Shown one piece after another: positions 46,030-47,402 of a stretch of 47,402 bases of DNA. Where the stretch lies: NCBI GenBank assembly GCA_029557835.1, contig JAKQHW010000060.1, forward strand, positions 1-47,402, read 5' to 3'. This DNA comes from Candidatus Micrarchaeota archaeon (GTDB taxonomy: Archaea > Micrarchaeota > Micrarchaeia > Anstonellales > Bilamarchaeaceae). The translations under genes were made by a program, and so were the position numbers. The notes beneath the pieces are model-generated. The model made no database searches. It was not told the origin of the DNA and was given only the letters and a program-made list of their open reading frames with translations. Each line of letters begins with the position of its first letter. Position 1 is the first letter of the stretch.

Positions 46030-46197
46030 ATGACGGATTTCAAAAACCACAGGGCCCAAAACCCAAGATATTTGAAACCCCCTAAAAATGGGCTAAAAAA
46101 GGAAGAAGGAAAACCTAATTGTACAGACGTAAATACTGGCAACCGGAAACCCGAAACCGGAAGCAAAATTAATGAGAGTGGGCCCGCGGAGATTTGA
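46030..46197 (+). CDS. 55-codon basic ORF reading into the att-like core (possible integrase N-terminal fragment)
   Basis: Hand-translated as MTDFKNHRAQNPRYLKPPKNGLKKEEGKPNCTDVNTGNRKPETGSKINESGPAEI. A strong Shine-Dalgarno-like gaggtga lies 6 nt upstream. It is too short for the supplied track. Confidence 0.35.
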   Translation: MTDFKNHRAQNPRYLKPPKNGLKKEEGKPNCTDVNTGNRKPETGSKINESGPAEI

Positions 46198-46278
46198 ACT
46201 CCGGACCAGACGCCTGCGTATCAATCATTCCACGAAGTGAGGACGCTGGGTTTCCCGTTCCGGGTTTTCAGTTTCCGG
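46141..46278. repeat. att-like module, copy 2 (well preserved)
   Basis: aaccggaaac (46141-46150) and aaaccggaag (46154-46163). The tRNA-3'-half-like core is at 46179-46213. Inverted copies are gttccgggtt (46257-46266) and gtttccgg (46271-46278). Confidence 0.5.
46179..46213 (-). other. tRNA 3'-half-like fragment (T-arm plus acceptor 3' strand); not an intact tRNA
   Basis: The reverse complement reads GCGTC TGGTC CGGAG TTCAAAT CTCCG CGGGCCC A. This gives a perfect 5-bp T-stem, a 7-nt TTCAAAT loop, a 7-nt acceptor strand and a discriminator A. No matching 5' acceptor strand, D-arm or anticodon loop lies to the right. Confidence 0.55.
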
Positions 46279-47129
46279 CATGTGGTGAAGCACACTCACT
46301 TCCGGCAAGGCAGATCTCAAGGGAATTGACCAAAAATTGGCCTCAAATCAAGGAGCAAATTTCTTTCCTTGGGCAGCACCTCACCAAATGGAATTTAGTA
46401 AAGACGATTGGAATACTCTCCGAGGCGCGCAAGAGCCGCTTTTTGCGCAGGAAGACGCCCAAGTACGGCTCAATGAACAAGGGCTTTACGGAAGAGGAAT
46501 TAGAAGCCTTTTTCAGCGTTATAGATGAGCCGAAGGCGCACTTGCTTTTTTCTTTTCAGGCAATTCTGGGGCTTCGCATAGGGGAAGCCATAAGGGTTAA
46601 TGTGAGTGACATTAACCTGCGCAGCCGCGAGCTGCGCATCTTTACGGAGAAAAGCCATAAGACCGATTACCTACTTATGCCTGAGAAGCTCTTTGACAGC
46701 GTCCTTCGCTATATCGGTTCTTATGAGACGGACATCGCCAGGGCGGATGGCTTCCTTTTTTTCTCATTCAGCCACGGAAGGAGGACCGAAACAACGGAGC
46801 CGCACATCACCACCGAAACCGCAAGGAAGATGTTCGTGCAATACGTCAGGAAAGCCAAGCTGGACATGGCGTATGGGTACAGCGTTGGGAAAAACCCCAA
46901 AACCCTGTATCGGCTGAGCACGCACAGCCTGCGGCACCACGCGATTACCAATTTCTGCAGGAAGAATGGGGGAAACGTGGTCCTTGCCTCCAAGTTTGCG
47001 CGGCATACCGACCTGCAAACCACGATGGTTTACGTGCATACTGCGAAGAACGAGCTTTACGAGAGCATAGAAAGGGCGAACAATGATGAACTTCTGGAGA
47101 AGGTGAGGAAGATGCAGGAGGGGATTTAA
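46194..47129 (+). CDS. tyrosine recombinase/integrase (copy 2)
   Basis: Paralog of 37199-38140, with most aligned residues identical by eye and the same GLRIGEA / HSLRHHAIT / MVYVH motifs. There is no ATG near the 5' end, and the track start is a TTG inside the tRNA-like core. Confidence 0.85.
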   Translation: MNSGPDACVSIIPRSEDAGFPVPGFQFPACGEAHSLPARQISRELTKNWPQIKEQISFLGQHLTKWNLVKTIGILSEARKSRFLRRKTPKYGSMNKGFTEEELEAFFSVIDEPKAHLLFSFQAILGLRIGEAIRVNVSDINLRSRELRIFTEKSHKTDYLLMPEKLFDSVLRYIGSYETDIARADGFLFFSFSHGRRTETTEPHITTETARKMFVQYVRKAKLDMAYGYSVGKNPKTLYRLSTHSLRHHAITNFCRKNGGNVVLASKFARHTDLQTTMVYVHTAKNELYESIERANNDELLEKVRKMQEGI

Positions 47130-47167
47130 AATAAAATGAGCAAGTAAACTATGGTGGTGTCACTCAT

Positions 47168-47402
47168 ATGGAAAACATCAATGTTTCAGACTGGCTAAAT
47201 GCTGCAGAGATTGATGCAAAAGCAGCTAGAGTTTTATTAAGAGAAGGACTTTACTCAACCGCAGTTTTTCATACTCAGCAGGCATACGAAAAAACATACA
47301 AGGCTTACTGGGCCTTCATTAAACATGACCCAGACTTGCTGAAAAAGTTTGGGCATCTCACTATTGACAAGAAGAAATTTGACGACATACATAAAGATTC
47401 GA
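47168..47402 (+). CDS. HEPN domain protein (5' part; runs off window end)
   Basis: Hand-translated from ATG 47168: MENINVSDWLNAAEIDAKAARVLLREGLYSTAVFHTQQAYEKTYKAYW... is a typical HEPN N-terminal helix pair. The surrounding DNA is AT-rich. Confidence 0.65.
   Translation, partial: MENINVSDWLNAAEIDAKAARVLLREGLYSTAVFHTQQAYEKTYKAYWAFIKHDPDLLKKFGHLTIDKKKFDDIHKDS

Larger units (their letters stand above)
37162..46213 (+). mobile_element. putative integrated element 1 (integrase plus defence cargo) bounded by two att-like cores
   Basis: Integrase at the left end, att-like cores at 37192-37208 and 46179-46213, and an internal AT-rich block. Confidence 0.45.

Noticed and set aside
46179-46255. Possible intact (or intron-containing) tRNA gene on the minus strand
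   Set aside because: Only the segment from the anticodon-stem 3' strand to the discriminator folds. The sequence to the right gives no anticodon loop with U33, no D-arm and no GGGCCCG 5' acceptor strand. I treat it as a tRNA fragment or att core.

Overview
This is a high-GC archaeal chromosome segment; a spot count gives 38/60 G+C at 14401-14460. The gene content fits a DPANN/Micrarchaeota-like genome: two tandem FtsZ genes, the AglB oligosaccharyltransferase, GGGP synthase, an inositol-phosphate synthase/archaetidylinositol-phosphate synthase pair, RNase HI and HII, pyrE/pyrF, and a roughly 400-aa three-unit tRNA-splicing endonuclease. Positions 1-37140 are mostly core genes. Exceptions are a VapBC pair, two giant tandem ORFans (1132 and 1285 aa), a long RelA/SpoT-like protein, a host-GC DNA methyltransferase, and an ArsR-led thiol-redox/permease cluster whose last gene is frameshifted. 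From about 37160 the window enters an accessory region. Two paralogous tyrosine integrases lie in direct orientation (37199-38140 and 46194-47129). Each is preceded by a conserved att-like module, a tRNA 3'-half-like core flanked by inverted AACCGGAAAC motifs. Each is followed within 50 nt by defence-type cargo. Between the integrases, a sharply AT-rich block (38141 to about 44330; 21/60 G+C at 38521-38580) carries a PD-ExK nuclease and an SPPY DNA methyltransferase on the + strand. Convergent with these is an uncharacterised cluster: a small membrane/coiled-coil protein, a 398-aa ORFan, and a 485-aa wHTH/Cys-His/PD-DxK-like protein. That cluster is my best candidate for an undescribed defence system. 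After it come a small HNH nuclease, a hairpin-rich non-coding stretch, an Avd/S23-IVS-type four-helix-bundle gene, and a 55-codon basic ORF that reads into the att core and may be a split integrase N-terminus. I saw no rRNA, no intact tRNA and no CRISPR array. All functional calls rest on motifs I recognised by eye in the supplied translations. No database search was possible.
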